DNA of 64,000 bases from Thermoplasmata archaeon (GTDB taxonomy: Archaea > Thermoplasmatota > Thermoplasmata > Lutacidiplasmatales > UBA184): NCBI GenBank assembly GCA_030038655.1, contig JASHSP010000113.1:5420-69419 (forward strand), written 5' to 3'. This document shows positions 46,887 through 57,074 of this stretch, in pieces. A model generated the notes under the pieces. It was not told where the DNA came from. It did no database searches and saw only the letters and a list, made by a program, of their open reading frames with translations. The number at the start of each line of letters is the position of its first letter. Position 1 is the stretch's first letter. The position numbers and the translations under genes are program-made.

Positions 46887-47465
46887 TCAGCCCTCCGCCC
46901 GGGGCCGGTCGTGGTAGGTGATCTCCAGGATGCCTTCCTCCAGCAGATAGGTCCCGCGTGCCCGGCCGCCCACGACCTCCACGGCGTCGACGGCCCCTTC
47001 GGAGAGGAAGCCGGAGGGGTAGCGTCGGACGAGGCGGACGGTGAGCTCCGAGACGCCGGGGAAGACGCGGCGGCGGCCGAACCGTCCGATGACCACCGTC
47101 CCCCGGGGCCGGAATTCGACCGCCCGGGGTGCCGAAGCGAGCGCGAGGACCGCGCCGCCGACGGCGATCGCGACGGCGAACGCCGCGAAGATCTCGAGGG
47201 CTTGCAGTGCCCCCGGGCTGTCGCCTCCGGGGACGGTCCGGGCGTAGAGCGCGAACGCGGTGAACAACGCCGCCACGCCCAGGACGAACAGCGAGCTCAG
47301 GCGGACCGCACGGCGCGTGCCCGCGCGGTTCGGCCGGCGATTGACCGGCGCGCTGTCCCCCGGCGCGATGGGTCCGGGCGCCGCGGTCGGCCGAACCCCC
47401 GGACCTTCTCGAGCCGCGGCGCGTGGGATCCGCACGGCGCGCGACGCGGAGGGGCCCGACACCAT
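46887..47465 (-). CDS. two-TM membrane protein
   Basis: Two hydrophobic helices followed by a beta-rich tail. Confidence 0.5.
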   Translation of the reverse strand: MVSGPSASRAVRIPRAAAREGPGVRPTAAPGPIAPGDSAPVNRRPNRAGTRRAVRLSSLFVLGVAALFTAFALYARTVPGGDSPGALQALEIFAAFAVAIAVGGAVLALASAPRAVEFRPRGTVVIGRFGRRRVFPGVSELTVRLVRRYPSGFLSEGAVDAVEVVGGRARGTYLLEEGILEITYHDRPRAEG

Positions 47466-47517
47466 CGGTCAACCGGGGCCTCACAGTCTTAAATCTACCC
47501 GCGCAACCTCGGCCGGC

Positions 47518-47928
47518 ATGACGACCCGGACCGAGTACCTGGTCATGAACACCGACTCCGCCCGGGCGCTGGTGAACATCACCGATCGGGTCCGCTCCAT
47601 CGTGCGCGGGAGCGGGGTCCGGGAGGGGCTGGTCCTCGTCTCGTCGATGCACATCACGTCCGCGGTGTTCGTCAACGACGACGAGCCGGGGCTGCACCGG
47701 GACATCCAGGCGTGGGCCGACCGGTTGGCGCCCCCCGGCCGCTACGAGCACCACCGGTCCGGCGAGACGAACGGGGACGCCCATCTCAAGAACCTGCTCC
47801 TGGGGCACCAGGTCGTGCTGCCGGTCACGAACGGGGACCTCGACCTCGGCCCGTGGGAGCGGGTCTTCTACGGCGAGTTCGACGGGCGTCGTCCGAAGCG
47901 GGTGGTCGTGAAGGTCGTCGGCGACTGA
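47518..47928 (+). CDS. yjbQ: YjbQ/UPF0047 family protein
   Basis: [36 protein letters not shown]. Confidence 0.9.
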   Translation: MTTRTEYLVMNTDSARALVNITDRVRSIVRGSGVREGLVLVSSMHITSAVFVNDDEPGLHRDIQAWADRLAPPGRYEHHRSGETNGDAHLKNLLLGHQVVLPVTNGDLDLGPWERVFYGEFDGRRPKRVVVKVVGD

Positions 47929-47933
47929 GGCGG

Positions 47934-49043
47934 TTACGCCTCGAGCTGGGGGTCGCCGGGAGCTCCGCCCGGGGCGGACGGACGCGGGAGCGGCGCCTCC
48001 AGGTCGACCTCGGGGACCTTGCGGGCGATCTCCTTCGCCATCGCCGAGCAGCTGGAGGGGGGGACGGGCCGCTGCGTGTACCCCGGCAACGCGAGGTCGT
48101 ACGTGACGACCTTCTTCTCGGCGATCGTCTCCCAGACCGCGCGGAACACCCGCTCCGCCGCCTCCTTCTCGCCCAGGTGGCGCATCAGGAGCTCGACGCA
48201 GAGGATCTCGGCGACCGGATCGGCGCGGTCCTGTCCCGCGTACTTGGGGGCCGAGCCATGCACCGGCTCGAACGCGGCGATGTTGTCTCCGAACAACGCC
48301 CCCGGTGCCACGCCCAACCCTCCCGCGAGCCCCGCGCACAGGTCGGATAGGATGTCGCCGAAGAGGTTGGTCGTGACGAGGACGTCGTACTCGGACGGTT
48401 TCTTGACGAGCTGCATGCACATGTTGTCGATCAGGCGCTCGTCCGAGGCGATCTCCGGGTACTTGGGGGCCATCTCCCGGAACGCCGTCTGGAACAACGC
48501 TCCCGTCGTCTTCATGATGTTCGCCTTGTGGACGGCCGTCACGTGGCGGCGGTGCTCCCGGCGGGCGAGCTCGAACGCAAACCGGACGATCCGGTCGGAC
48601 GCCTTGCGGGTGATGACGTTCACCGTCTCGGCCGCGGTGCGGTCGCGGTCCACCCAGTGCTCGACGCCCGAGTAGAGCCCCTCGGTCGCCTCGCGAACCA
48701 CGACGAGGTCGGTCTCGGGGAAGCGGGTGCCCTCGCCCGCGATCGCGCGGGCGGGCCGGACCGAGGCATACAGGTCGAGCTGCTGGCGCAACGCGACGTT
48801 CACCGACCGGAACCCCCCGCCGATGGGCGTCGTGATCGGACCCTTGAGGGCCACCCGGTTCTTGCGAATCGAGTCGAGGACCGAGTCCGGCAGGGGGGTA
48901 CCGTGCGACTTGATCGCCACCTCGCCCGCCTCCGCGACCTCCCAGTCGATCGAGACCCCGGTCGCGTCCGCAACCCGGCGGGCGGCGGCGGTCACCTCGG
49001 GCCCGATCCCGTCTCCCGGAATGAGGGTGACCCGATGCCCCAC
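47934..49043 (-). CDS. isocitrate/isopropylmalate dehydrogenase family protein (likely isocitrate dehydrogenase)
   Basis: IPGDGIGPEV, KGPITTP..SVNVALR, VHKANIMK, NLFGDILSD, EPVHGSAP. Confidence 0.9.
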   Translation of the reverse strand: MGHRVTLIPGDGIGPEVTAAARRVADATGVSIDWEVAEAGEVAIKSHGTPLPDSVLDSIRKNRVALKGPITTPIGGGFRSVNVALRQQLDLYASVRPARAIAGEGTRFPETDLVVVREATEGLYSGVEHWVDRDRTAAETVNVITRKASDRIVRFAFELARREHRRHVTAVHKANIMKTTGALFQTAFREMAPKYPEIASDERLIDNMCMQLVKKPSEYDVLVTTNLFGDILSDLCAGLAGGLGVAPGALFGDNIAAFEPVHGSAPKYAGQDRADPVAEILCVELLMRHLGEKEAAERVFRAVWETIAEKKVVTYDLALPGYTQRPVPPSSCSAMAKEIARKVPEVDLEAPLPRPSAPGGAPGDPQLEA

Positions 49044-49338
49044 CGATGTCGCCTTCCGCTGGGGCCGAGCCCCCGCGGCATTTAAGCGGGCGGCCGGGGG
49101 CCGCGGCCACCGACAGGGAGCTTACCGAACCGACGTCCCTTTCGGCGGAGCGACGCCGCGGTGCGGCCGCTGGACGACCCCGCTACTCCGGAGAGGGGGC
49201 CATCGTCCGGACCGTCGCGAGCGTCCGCTGCGCTCGGCCCGGGCCGAAACGTCGGCGGTTCCGCCGGGCCGCGGCAGCGTTCACCGTCTCGGCCCACCTT
49301 CAACAGTATTCTTATAACTCGCAGTTATTCGTGAAGCG

Positions 49339-50532
49339 ATGATGCCCACGTCCAATCCGGAGGTCCTCGCGAACGACTGGCTACCCCCGCTCGCGCTGGG
49401 GCGCGAACGCGAGCTGAACGAGGCGGTCCTGCGCCTCGACGCCCCGGCCCCGCGGGCCCCGGGGCCGTGGATCGTGGCGATCGCGGGACCTTCGGGCACG
49501 GGTACCTCCACCGTCGCGCGACGCGCGGCTCGCGAGGTCATCGAGCAGCTCCGGCAGCTGTCCGGCGACCCCGCCCCGAGGGTCCTCGCCGTGCGGACCT
49601 CCGGCCTGCGAGGGGCGCACGGCGTGGCGACCGCGCTGCTGCGACGATTCGATGAGGGGTTCGACGGACGTGGCTTTCCGGTCGCCGAGGTCATCGCCGG
49701 GGTCCTCCGGCGCGTCCGCCGGGACGGCCGCCCGACCGTCGTGGTCCTGGATGACGTCGGGGTCGGGGGGCCGGATCTCACCCCGCTGCTGCGGGCGTTC
49801 GGGAGCCCCGACCGGTTCCTGCCGGAAGGCGAGTCGGGCCTTCCTCCGCTCTGGACGATCCTCGCCGGTTCTCCGGAAGCCCTGTCCACGGCGGTCGCGG
49901 AGGTCGAGGACCGCATGGCGGTGCGCCCGTTCATCGAGCTGCGACCGTACCCGGAGTCCCACCTTCGAGCGATCGTGCGCGATCGGGCGGAGCGAGCGCT
50001 CGGCCGGCCGCCACCGTCCGCGCTCGTCGCGCGCGTCGTGGAGCAGGCGGTGGCCGAGGGGGGTGGCGCACGGCGCGCCGTGGACATCCTCCGGCGCGAG
50101 CTCCTCGGGAGGCCGCGGGAGCCGGGCCGACTCCCCGGCGGACCGATCCCCTCCGACGGCGTTGCGATCGAGGCCCGGGTCGTGCACGCGATCGACGCCG
50201 CGAGCGGCGGCGTCGCCGCGCCGCTCGGCGAGGTGAAGCGGCGGGAAGCCGAGCTCGCACGGGAAGAGGGCGTGCGACCTCTCCCGACGACGACGCTTTG
50301 GAGGCGGATCGTCCGCCTGGAACGCGCGGGGTACGTCCGCCGCGACATCCGGAGCGGGGGGGTCGGAGGAACTCGGTCGATCGTCCGCGTCCTGACCCCC
50401 GTGGACGAGTGGGTCACGGCACCGTATCGGTGTGGTACTCCTCGAGCCGGCGGCGGACCCTTCCGCGCTCCGGAACGGGCGCCGCCGCCGGCACGGGCGT
50501 CGCGCGCGGCGTCGTGGCGTCCCGTCGGCTGA
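49339..50532 (+). CDS. divergent Orc1/Cdc6-like AAA+ and winged-helix protein
   Basis: LGRERE, GPSGTGTST (Walker A without Lys), VVVLDD, PYPESHLRAIVRDRA, GGARRAVDIL, C-terminal wHTH. Confidence 0.7.
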   Translation: MMPTSNPEVLANDWLPPLALGRERELNEAVLRLDAPAPRAPGPWIVAIAGPSGTGTSTVARRAAREVIEQLRQLSGDPAPRVLAVRTSGLRGAHGVATALLRRFDEGFDGRGFPVAEVIAGVLRRVRRDGRPTVVVLDDVGVGGPDLTPLLRAFGSPDRFLPEGESGLPPLWTILAGSPEALSTAVAEVEDRMAVRPFIELRPYPESHLRAIVRDRAERALGRPPPSALVARVVEQAVAEGGGARRAVDILRRELLGRPREPGRLPGGPIPSDGVAIEARVVHAIDAASGGVAAPLGEVKRREAELAREEGVRPLPTTTLWRRIVRLERAGYVRRDIRSGGVGGTRSIVRVLTPVDEWVTAPYRCGTPRAGGGPFRAPERAPPPARASRAASWRPVG

Positions 50533-52708
50533 GCTGGGCGATCACCATCTCCGCGAGCCGGGGGGAGCCGAGGGCCCGCTCGATGCGTTCCTTCGGCGCG
50601 GCCCGGAGGGACTCGCGGTCGGCGTACCCGGCGCGATACAGCTGTCGGGCCCGCACCCGCCCGATCCCCCGAAGCCGCACGAGGTCGAGCAGCTCCTCCT
50701 TCGCGCCGTAGCGAACGCGGAGGGCGAGGTCGTCGATCGCGCGCGCGAGCCGGCGCTGGAACGTGACCGCCAGTCGGCCGGCGGCGAAGAGGAGCCAGTC
50801 GGCGTCCTCGACCTTGGTGCGGAGGTCGCCGGCGCCGATTCCGAACCGCTCGGTGATCTCCACGATGGGCGTTTCGGCGACCCACGCCTCGAGGACCGAG
50901 GCGGTCTTCAGCGTCGCGAAGAACGCGTCCACGTCCAGGTCGAGCGGGGGCTCCTCGGGCTTCACGAGAAGTTCCTCGGCCTCCGACGTAAACCGCTCGC
51001 GCATGTCGGACTCCTCGCCGCGACGCAGGAAGAGGGGCGGTAGATCCGGCGTGGAGGCGACGGCGGCCAGCAGGGGGAACTCCGCCACGCCGATCGGGGC
51101 CCGCTCGAGGACGTTTCGCAGGACCAGGGCGCTCAACGGGTCGAGGTAGAGCTGGCTCGTGAGCTCGCCGAACCGGGTCGCGCGCAGCGCCGGGCCGGTC
51201 TCCAGGAAGCCGTACTCTTCGAGGAACCGGCGAACCTTGGCCACGTGCGCGTGCAGGTCCGGAAGGGGCAGGGTGTGGCCGTAGAACGTTGCCGCAAAGA
51301 ATCCCTCCAGGTCCGCGTCGGTCGCGACCGCGCCGCTGGCGACCAGCGCGAGCACGTGCATGCGCAGCGCCGGTTCCGCGGCGAGCCGGCTGACGATCGG
51401 CTCGGGGGGGGCGGCGAGGTACCCGTCGAGGAGCTTCTCCTCGTCCTCCGGGCCGCGGGCGAGGAGCAGCGCTTCCCCGACGGGGTCGAACCGGGGCCGA
51501 CCCGCGCGGCCGAGCATCTGGTGGACCTCGAGCGCCGGGATCGGCGCCTGCATGCCGAGCCGGTCGTCGTACCGTGTGGTGTCGCGCACGATGACCCGGC
51601 GCGCAGGCAGGTTGATGCCCGCCGCGAGCGTCGGCGTGGCCACGAGGACCTTCAGGGCGCGGTCGCGGAACGCCCGCTCCACGACCCGCCGCTCGGAGTT
51701 CGTCAGGGACGCGTTGTGGAACGCCACGCCGTACGGGAGGAGCGCGCTCAGCCGGCGGGCCCCTTCGGTGTCCTCTTCCGAGATTACCGAAAGTTCCTGC
51801 GCGGCGGCCCGCGCCCTCGCTCGCTCGACGTCCCCGAGCAGCGGGCTCACCGTGCCCGTCAGCGACCGGGCGACCTGCTCGCTCGCCTTGCGGGTGCTGA
51901 CGAAGACGAGTGCCTGTCCCCCCTCCTCCACGACCGTCCGCACGAGCCGGGGGACCGGGTCCCCCGGCGGCCGGATCTCCCGCGTGGAGAGGTCGGTGAA
52001 CGTGATCCGGCCGTCCAGGTACACCCCCAGTTTGAGCGGCACGGGGCGGAAGTCGCTCGCGATGTGCCGGGCGCGGAGCCAGTCGGCCAGCTCCTCGGAG
52101 TTGCCCACGGTCGCCGACAACGCAACGACCTGAAGGTCCGGGTACGACCGCCGAAGTCGGGTCAGGCTGACCTCGAGCGTCGGCCCGCGGTCGTGGTCCC
52201 GCATCAGGTGCACCTCGTCGGCGACCACGACGCCGAGTCGGTCGAGCCAGGGCGAGCGGCGTCGCAGGAGCCCGTCCGCCTTCTCGCTGGTCGCGACCAG
52301 GACGTCGAGCTTCTCGAGGCGGTCGGCCGGCAGGTCGAAATCGCCGATCGAGATCCCGACCTTCAGCCCCAGCTCGGCGAACTTCTCGAGTTCCTCGGAC
52401 TTCTCGGAGGCGAGCGCGCGCAGGGGCACGAGATAGAGCGCCGTCCGGTGGGCGCGCGCCGCCCGCAGCAGCGCGAAGTACGCCACGAGCGACTTGCCGC
52501 TGGCCGTCGGGCAGGCCAGGACGACGCTCTCCCCGGCGAGCACGGGGCCGAGGGCGCTCGCCTGGGGCGGATAGAGATGCGTGATGCCGTCCTCGACCAG
52601 CAGCCGGCGTACCTCCGGGTCGAGCGGGGTCGCCTCGAGCGGAACGGACTCGGCGGGTTCCGGTGGCGGCCGCCGTCGGGGCGTGCGGCCGGCACCGCGG
52701 GCGGGCAT
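50414..52708 (-). CDS. hel308: Ski2-like DNA helicase Hel308/Hjm
   Basis: PTASGKS, DEVH, LSAT, TPTLAAGINLPA, QMLGRAGRP, C-terminal HhH GIGRVRAR. Confidence 0.92.
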   Translation of the reverse strand: MPARGAGRTPRRRPPPEPAESVPLEATPLDPEVRRLLVEDGITHLYPPQASALGPVLAGESVVLACPTASGKSLVAYFALLRAARAHRTALYLVPLRALASEKSEELEKFAELGLKVGISIGDFDLPADRLEKLDVLVATSEKADGLLRRRSPWLDRLGVVVADEVHLMRDHDRGPTLEVSLTRLRRSYPDLQVVALSATVGNSEELADWLRARHIASDFRPVPLKLGVYLDGRITFTDLSTREIRPPGDPVPRLVRTVVEEGGQALVFVSTRKASEQVARSLTGTVSPLLGDVERARARAAAQELSVISEEDTEGARRLSALLPYGVAFHNASLTNSERRVVERAFRDRALKVLVATPTLAAGINLPARRVIVRDTTRYDDRLGMQAPIPALEVHQMLGRAGRPRFDPVGEALLLARGPEDEEKLLDGYLAAPPEPIVSRLAAEPALRMHVLALVASGAVATDADLEGFFAATFYGHTLPLPDLHAHVAKVRRFLEEYGFLETGPALRATRFGELTSQLYLDPLSALVLRNVLERAPIGVAEFPLLAAVASTPDLPPLFLRRGEESDMRERFTSEAEELLVKPEEPPLDLDVDAFFATLKTASVLEAWVAETPIVEITERFGIGAGDLRTKVEDADWLLFAAGRLAVTFQRRLARAIDDLALRVRYGAKEELLDLVRLRGIGRVRARQLYRAGYADRESLRAAPKERIERALGSPRLAEMVIAQLSRRDATTPRATPVPAAAPVPERGRVRRRLEEYHTDTVP

Positions 52709-52733
52709 CGGGGACTCGGAGAACCCGCGCGTA

Positions 52734-53882
52734 CTAGACGGTTGGTTCGGATTCGGGCGCGAGAAGGCTCCGGGCGAGAATCAGCTCCTGGATCTCGGTC
52801 GTGCCTTCGACGAGCGGGAAGACGCGCGCGTCCCGCAGCAAGCGCTCGGCGTTCGACCCCGAGAGAACGCCCGCCGGTCCCGCGACGTCCACCCCGGCGG
52901 AGGCAATCGAGACCGCGGCGCGGGAGGCCACGAGCTTGGCGACGGACGCGTCGGTCGCGTACGGCACCCCGGCGTCCTTCCGCTCCGCGGCGCGGTCGAC
53001 CAGGGCGCGCGAGGCGGCCACGGCCGCGTAGGCGCGGGCCAGCTGCGTGCGCTTCCACTCGGCGTCCTCGGCCCGCACGTTCGCCAGCATCTCCTCGAAC
53101 GCCGCGCGGGCAACCCCCAGGGCGCACGCCGCGATCCCGACCCTCCCTCCCGCCAGACCCCGGAAGGCGACCTTGAGCCCGTCCCCCTCGGGCCCGAGCA
53201 GCGCCTCGGCGGGCAGGCGGACGCCGTCGAGCACCAGCTCGGTCGTCTCGCTGCCCCGCAGCCCGAGCTTGTCCAGCCGCTGCGCGACCGAGAACCCTCC
53301 CGTCCCCGGGGGCACGATGAACGCAGAGACGCCGCGATGGCCCAGCGCCGGGTCGCGGGTCGCGAACACCAGGACGACGCCGGCGCTCACCGCGTTCGAA
53401 ATGAACATCTTCGAGCCGTGCATGACGAAGCCGTTCGCCTCCCGCGCGTAGCGGGTCCGCAGGCCGGCGGCGTCCGACCCGGCACCGGGCTCGGTCAGCC
53501 CGAACGCGCCGACGCCCTCCCCGCGAGCCAGCGGCCGCAGGTACCGCTCCTTCTGGGCCGGCGTTCCCCACTCGAGGATCGGCACGGCGCACACGGAGGT
53601 GTGTACCGCGACCATCACCGCGATCGCGGCGCTCCCGCGGGCGAGCTCCTCCAGCACGGCCACGGCGTCCCGCGCGGACCCGCCGCGACCCCCCCACTCT
53701 GCCGGGATCCCGAGGCCGAAGAACCCCTCCGAGGCGAGCCGGGCGACGATCTCGTCGGGCACCCGGTCGTCCCGGTCGATCCGGGATGCGGCGGGTGCGA
53801 CCACGCGGTCGACGAACTCGGACGCCTTGCGTCGCCATTCGGCCGGCGAGTCCGAGGGCTCCGGGGCCACGAGGGACCGCAC
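52734..53882 (-). CDS. acyl-CoA dehydrogenase
   Basis: FGLTEPGAGSDA, GSKMFISN, KLGLRGS, EGTTEIQ. Confidence 0.92.
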   Translation of the reverse strand: MRSLVAPEPSDSPAEWRRKASEFVDRVVAPAASRIDRDDRVPDEIVARLASEGFFGLGIPAEWGGRGGSARDAVAVLEELARGSAAIAVMVAVHTSVCAVPILEWGTPAQKERYLRPLARGEGVGAFGLTEPGAGSDAAGLRTRYAREANGFVMHGSKMFISNAVSAGVVLVFATRDPALGHRGVSAFIVPPGTGGFSVAQRLDKLGLRGSETTELVLDGVRLPAEALLGPEGDGLKVAFRGLAGGRVGIAACALGVARAAFEEMLANVRAEDAEWKRTQLARAYAAVAASRALVDRAAERKDAGVPYATDASVAKLVASRAAVSIASAGVDVAGPAGVLSGSNAERLLRDARVFPLVEGTTEIQELILARSLLAPESEPTV

Positions 53883-53949
53883 CCCGCCGAAGGCTTAAGG
53901 CGTGGCCGCGGGATTCGACTGCCGGGCAGGGGGGGCAGGTGCTGTGCCG

Positions 53950-55836
53950 GTGGACCCGGGCCCCAAGGACCGATTCACTTCGCTCGACACGCTCGCGGTG
54001 GTCCGCGAGCTCCGCGCCCTGGGCGGCGCCCGCGTCGACAAGGCGTACGACCGGGCCGAAGGAGGTTGGTCTGTCCTCCTGCGGAGCGCCGGCACGGGTC
54101 GCCAGGCGCTCGTGCTCGTTCCGGGACGGTACGCCGCCGTGCTCCCGCACGGCGACACGCACACCGAGGAGCTGTCGCCGATCGTCCGCGAGATCCGCCG
54201 CGTCTTCACGGGCGCGGCGCTCCGGCGCGTCGCCGAACCCGGCGCCGAACGGTACCTCGAACTCACGTTCGGTCGTTCCACCGGTCCGGAGGAACTGACC
54301 CTCGCCCTCGAGCTGTTCGGAACGGGGAACCTGATCCTCGCGCAGGGCGGCCGCGTGCTCGCCGCGTCCCGGCCGCGGCGATGGGCGCACCGGGACGTGC
54401 GCGCGGGGGCCGCCTACGCTCGGCCCCCGGCACGGGCGGACCCGTGGAGGCTGACCCCGAACGAGATCGAGTCCGAGCTCGCCCGCTCGAGAACCGACCT
54501 CGCGAGCACGCTCGCGGCCCGGCTGGCCCTGGGCGGACCGGTCGCGGAAGAGCTGACCGCCCGCGGCGAGTGGCCGGCGACCGAACCCGCGGCCCCGGTC
54601 GCGTCGACGATCGCGCCGCGACTCCACGCGCTCCTTGCGGAGCTGGTCCGCGAGGTAGGCGATCGACCCCGGGGGTATCTCGTCCGCCGAGGCAACGTGA
54701 CTCTCGATGCCACTCCGTACCGATCCCGGCGATGGCGAGAGGCGGCGGACGTGGAGACGGTCGAGCGACCCACGTTCTCGGAGGCGGCGGCCGAATACTT
54801 CCGGACCGTGGTCCCGGCGGTCCGGACACCCGCCGAGACCGCGGCGACCGAGGAGCGCCGCCAGCTGGAACGCCTCGTCGAGCGGCAGCGCGCGGCGGTC
54901 GAGGAGCTCGAGTCGGCCGTCCGAGCCCGGCGCGCCGACGCCGAGGCGGTCCTCTCCGACTACGCGACGGTCGGGGCCGCCCTGGCCGCGGCGACGGCAA
55001 AGGACCCCCGCGCCCGGATCGCCACGGTCGAGCTCGGGGGCCGCCCCGTCACCCTCGCGATCGAGTCCACCCCGCGGAGGAGCGCGCAGCTCCTGTTCGA
55101 GGAATCGAAGCGCCTCGCCGAGAAGCGCGACGGGGCGATCGCCGCGTTGCGCGAGACCGAGGGTCGGCTCGCCCGACCGCCCGGTCCGCCCGCGGGCGAG
55201 CGCCCACCGGCGGCGAAGGTCGCGGAGAAACGGCGGTGGTTCGAGCGGCACCGTTGGTTCGTCAGCTCGGAGGGGGCGATCGTGATCGCCGGGCGGGACG
55301 CCCCGTCGAACGACGCCCTCGTCCGCCGGAACCTCAAGGACGGGGACTTCTACGTCCACGCGGACCTTCCCGGCGCCGCGAGCGTCATCGTGAAGCGGCC
55401 GACCCCGCCGGCTGCCGCGACGGAGGTCACGCTGCGCGAAGCGGCCCAGTGGGCCGTCGCGTTCTCGAAAGCGTGGCGGGCGGGCCTCGCGTCGGCGTCG
55501 GCGTTCTGGGCGACGCCGGACCAGGTCTCGAAGTCGGCCGTTTCCGGGGAGTTCGTCGCCCGCGGGGCGTTCGTCATCCGGGGGACGAAGCACTTCGTCC
55601 GAGACGTGTCGCTCGAGCTCGCCCTCGGAACGATCCGCTACGAGAGCGAAGAGCGGTGGGTCGCGGCCCCGCCCGCGGCGGTCGCGGCCCGCGGGACGGT
55701 GGCGGTCCTTCTCACCCCCGGCGAGGAGCGCGAACGCGCTGCGACGGAGGTCGAGCTCGCCCGAGACCTGGGCCTCTCGCGGTCGCTTCTCCAGTCCCTG
55801 CTGCCCGCGGGCGGGCTCAGCGTCCGCCGGCCGTAG
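53950..55836 (+). CDS. rqcH: ribosome quality-control protein RqcH/NEMF (NFACT family); start uncertain
   Basis: LELFGTGNLIL, coiled coil, WFERHRWFVSSEG..GRDAPSND, HADLPGA, QVSKS..SGE..GAF. Confidence 0.88.
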   Translation: MDPGPKDRFTSLDTLAVVRELRALGGARVDKAYDRAEGGWSVLLRSAGTGRQALVLVPGRYAAVLPHGDTHTEELSPIVREIRRVFTGAALRRVAEPGAERYLELTFGRSTGPEELTLALELFGTGNLILAQGGRVLAASRPRRWAHRDVRAGAAYARPPARADPWRLTPNEIESELARSRTDLASTLAARLALGGPVAEELTARGEWPATEPAAPVASTIAPRLHALLAELVREVGDRPRGYLVRRGNVTLDATPYRSRRWREAADVETVERPTFSEAAAEYFRTVVPAVRTPAETAATEERRQLERLVERQRAAVEELESAVRARRADAEAVLSDYATVGAALAAATAKDPRARIATVELGGRPVTLAIESTPRRSAQLLFEESKRLAEKRDGAIAALRETEGRLARPPGPPAGERPPAAKVAEKRRWFERHRWFVSSEGAIVIAGRDAPSNDALVRRNLKDGDFYVHADLPGAASVIVKRPTPPAAATEVTLREAAQWAVAFSKAWRAGLASASAFWATPDQVSKSAVSGEFVARGAFVIRGTKHFVRDVSLELALGTIRYESEERWVAAPPAAVAARGTVAVLLTPGEERERAATEVELARDLGLSRSLLQSLLPAGGLSVRRP

Positions 55837-56471
55837 ACGCGCTGCACCTCCGCCGCCTCGAACGCGTCGCCCTCCCGTCGCCACGTCCGCCCCCGCGCCC
55901 GGAGCCCGACGATCGCGACCCGGTCGTCCCCGACGTCCAGGGTTGCGCCGACCGCGAGCCGAGCCGACGGCGGCACGCGTACCGTGCGACTGACCGTTCG
56001 GGCTCCTTGGACGATCGAGACGGGTACCGCCGCCTCGTCCCCCCGGACCGCCCAGACCGTCGCGACCTCGCCGGCGCGAGCGGTTCCGACGGCCCGGCCG
56101 TCGCGCGCGTCGATCTTGGTCACGCGCAGGCTCTCCGAGACGTCGGGGATCGCCGACCCGACCTCGAGCACGCTCGTCGGCGGGAGCTCGATCCGACGGC
56201 GTTCCGACCGGTCCCGTTCCGAGACGATCAGAGCGACCGCGACCGGGGGAACCCGCTCCGACGTGAACGGATGGGTCCAGCGGCAAACCCGGCACCGCGC
56301 GATGCCGGCGACTCGCGCCCGCGTCGCCCCCACCGACGGCGTGACGCGCAGGAGGCGGTGCGGGGTGCTCTCCCCGCAGTTCTCGCAGTAGAGCACGCCG
56401 AACCCGAGAACGCTCCGGGCGGAGGACGGCCGCTCGCCGGCCGGTTCGGACGGCGTCTCGTCCCGCTCCAT
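55638..56471 (-). CDS. HVO_0476-family zinc-finger protein
   Basis: CENCG..PHRLL...CRVCRWTH followed by two beta repeats; 3' end overlaps rqcH. Confidence 0.7.
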   Translation of the reverse strand: MERDETPSEPAGERPSSARSVLGFGVLYCENCGESTPHRLLRVTPSVGATRARVAGIARCRVCRWTHPFTSERVPPVAVALIVSERDRSERRRIELPPTSVLEVGSAIPDVSESLRVTKIDARDGRAVGTARAGEVATVWAVRGDEAAVPVSIVQGARTVSRTVRVPPSARLAVGATLDVGDDRVAIVGLRARGRTWRREGDAFEAAEVQRVYGRRTLSPPAGSRDWRSDRERPRSRASSTSVAARSRSSPGVRRTATVPRAATAAGGAATHRSSLS

Positions 56472-56526
56472 CAGGTCCCGGCCCTCGGTCGAGGCCCGGC
56501 CCCGACTCGGTCGACCCGTCCGCCGA

Positions 56527-56634
56527 TGGGGCTGCCTGAATTTGAATCGGGGTCCCGGGCTCCCAAAGCCCGAAGGATGGACCAGTAGAGCGGACCGAGG
56601 TGCGCCCTCGCGCCCGTAGCTACCCCACAGCCCC
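56527..56634 (-). tRNA. tRNA-Pro(TGG) with ~33-nt D-loop intron (56585-56617)
   Basis: Acceptor GGGGCTG/CAGCCCC; anticodon arm CGGGC-TTTGGGA-GCCCG; TTCAAAT loop. Confidence 0.88.
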
Positions 56635-56644
56635 GCATCGGGAC

Positions 56645-57073
56645 CTAGATCGCGTCGACCCGCTTCAACGTTCGGCCGATCTTGCACTCCGCCGGCTCCG
56701 GGTCGACCCGCTCGATGCGGAACCGCTGTTTCGCTGGCACCTCGGGCCCGGCGCAGATCCACCAGTTCGAGCAGTCGAGGCGACGGCACGGGTACCGGCC
56801 GACCTCGACCTGGCTTCCCACGATCCCGCTGCGCGAGTCGACGACCAGCGGCCGCGGCACCGGCCTCACTTCGACCACGTGCGCGTCCGTCTCCTGGAGG
56901 GCGCACGGGTGCGTCACCGTCCGGACCTTCGTCACGGCGTACCGGCGCCCCGCGTCGAGCGTCAGGCACGCGTGTCGGTACGGGCAGGTCCGGCACACGG
57001 GGGCTCCGCCCTGGTACACGAATTCGAACCCCTCGCGCGCCTCGGCGACGCCGAGCAGCGTAATCTCCGGCAT
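56645..57073 (-). CDS. UPF0179 family protein
   Basis: ITLLG..A.EG.EF, CxxCPYxxxC, HPC and further Cys clusters. Confidence 0.8.
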   Translation of the reverse strand: MPEITLLGVAEAREGFEFVYQGGAPVCRTCPYRHACLTLDAGRRYAVTKVRTVTHPCALQETDAHVVEVRPVPRPLVVDSRSGIVGSQVEVGRYPCRRLDCSNWWICAGPEVPAKQRFRIERVDPEPAECKIGRTLKRVDAI

Positions 57074-57074
57074 C

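Noticed and set aside
49044..49338. Possible replication origin upstream of the cdc6-like gene
   Set aside because: No convincing repeated ORB (TCCAxTGGAA plus G-string) and only a short AT-rich patch
55638..55836. Long convergent 3' overlaps (rqcH/zinc finger; also cdc6-like/hel308 and leuS/GNAT) as antisense regulation
   Set aside because: Stop-codon scarcity in high-GC DNA readily produces such tails; no further evidence
52363..56588. Very long ORFs (1310 aa minus, 1335 aa plus) and many similar Arg/Gly/Pro-rich ORFs across the window
   Set aside because: Shadow frames of real genes in high-GC DNA; no motifs, and they overlap well-supported CDSs
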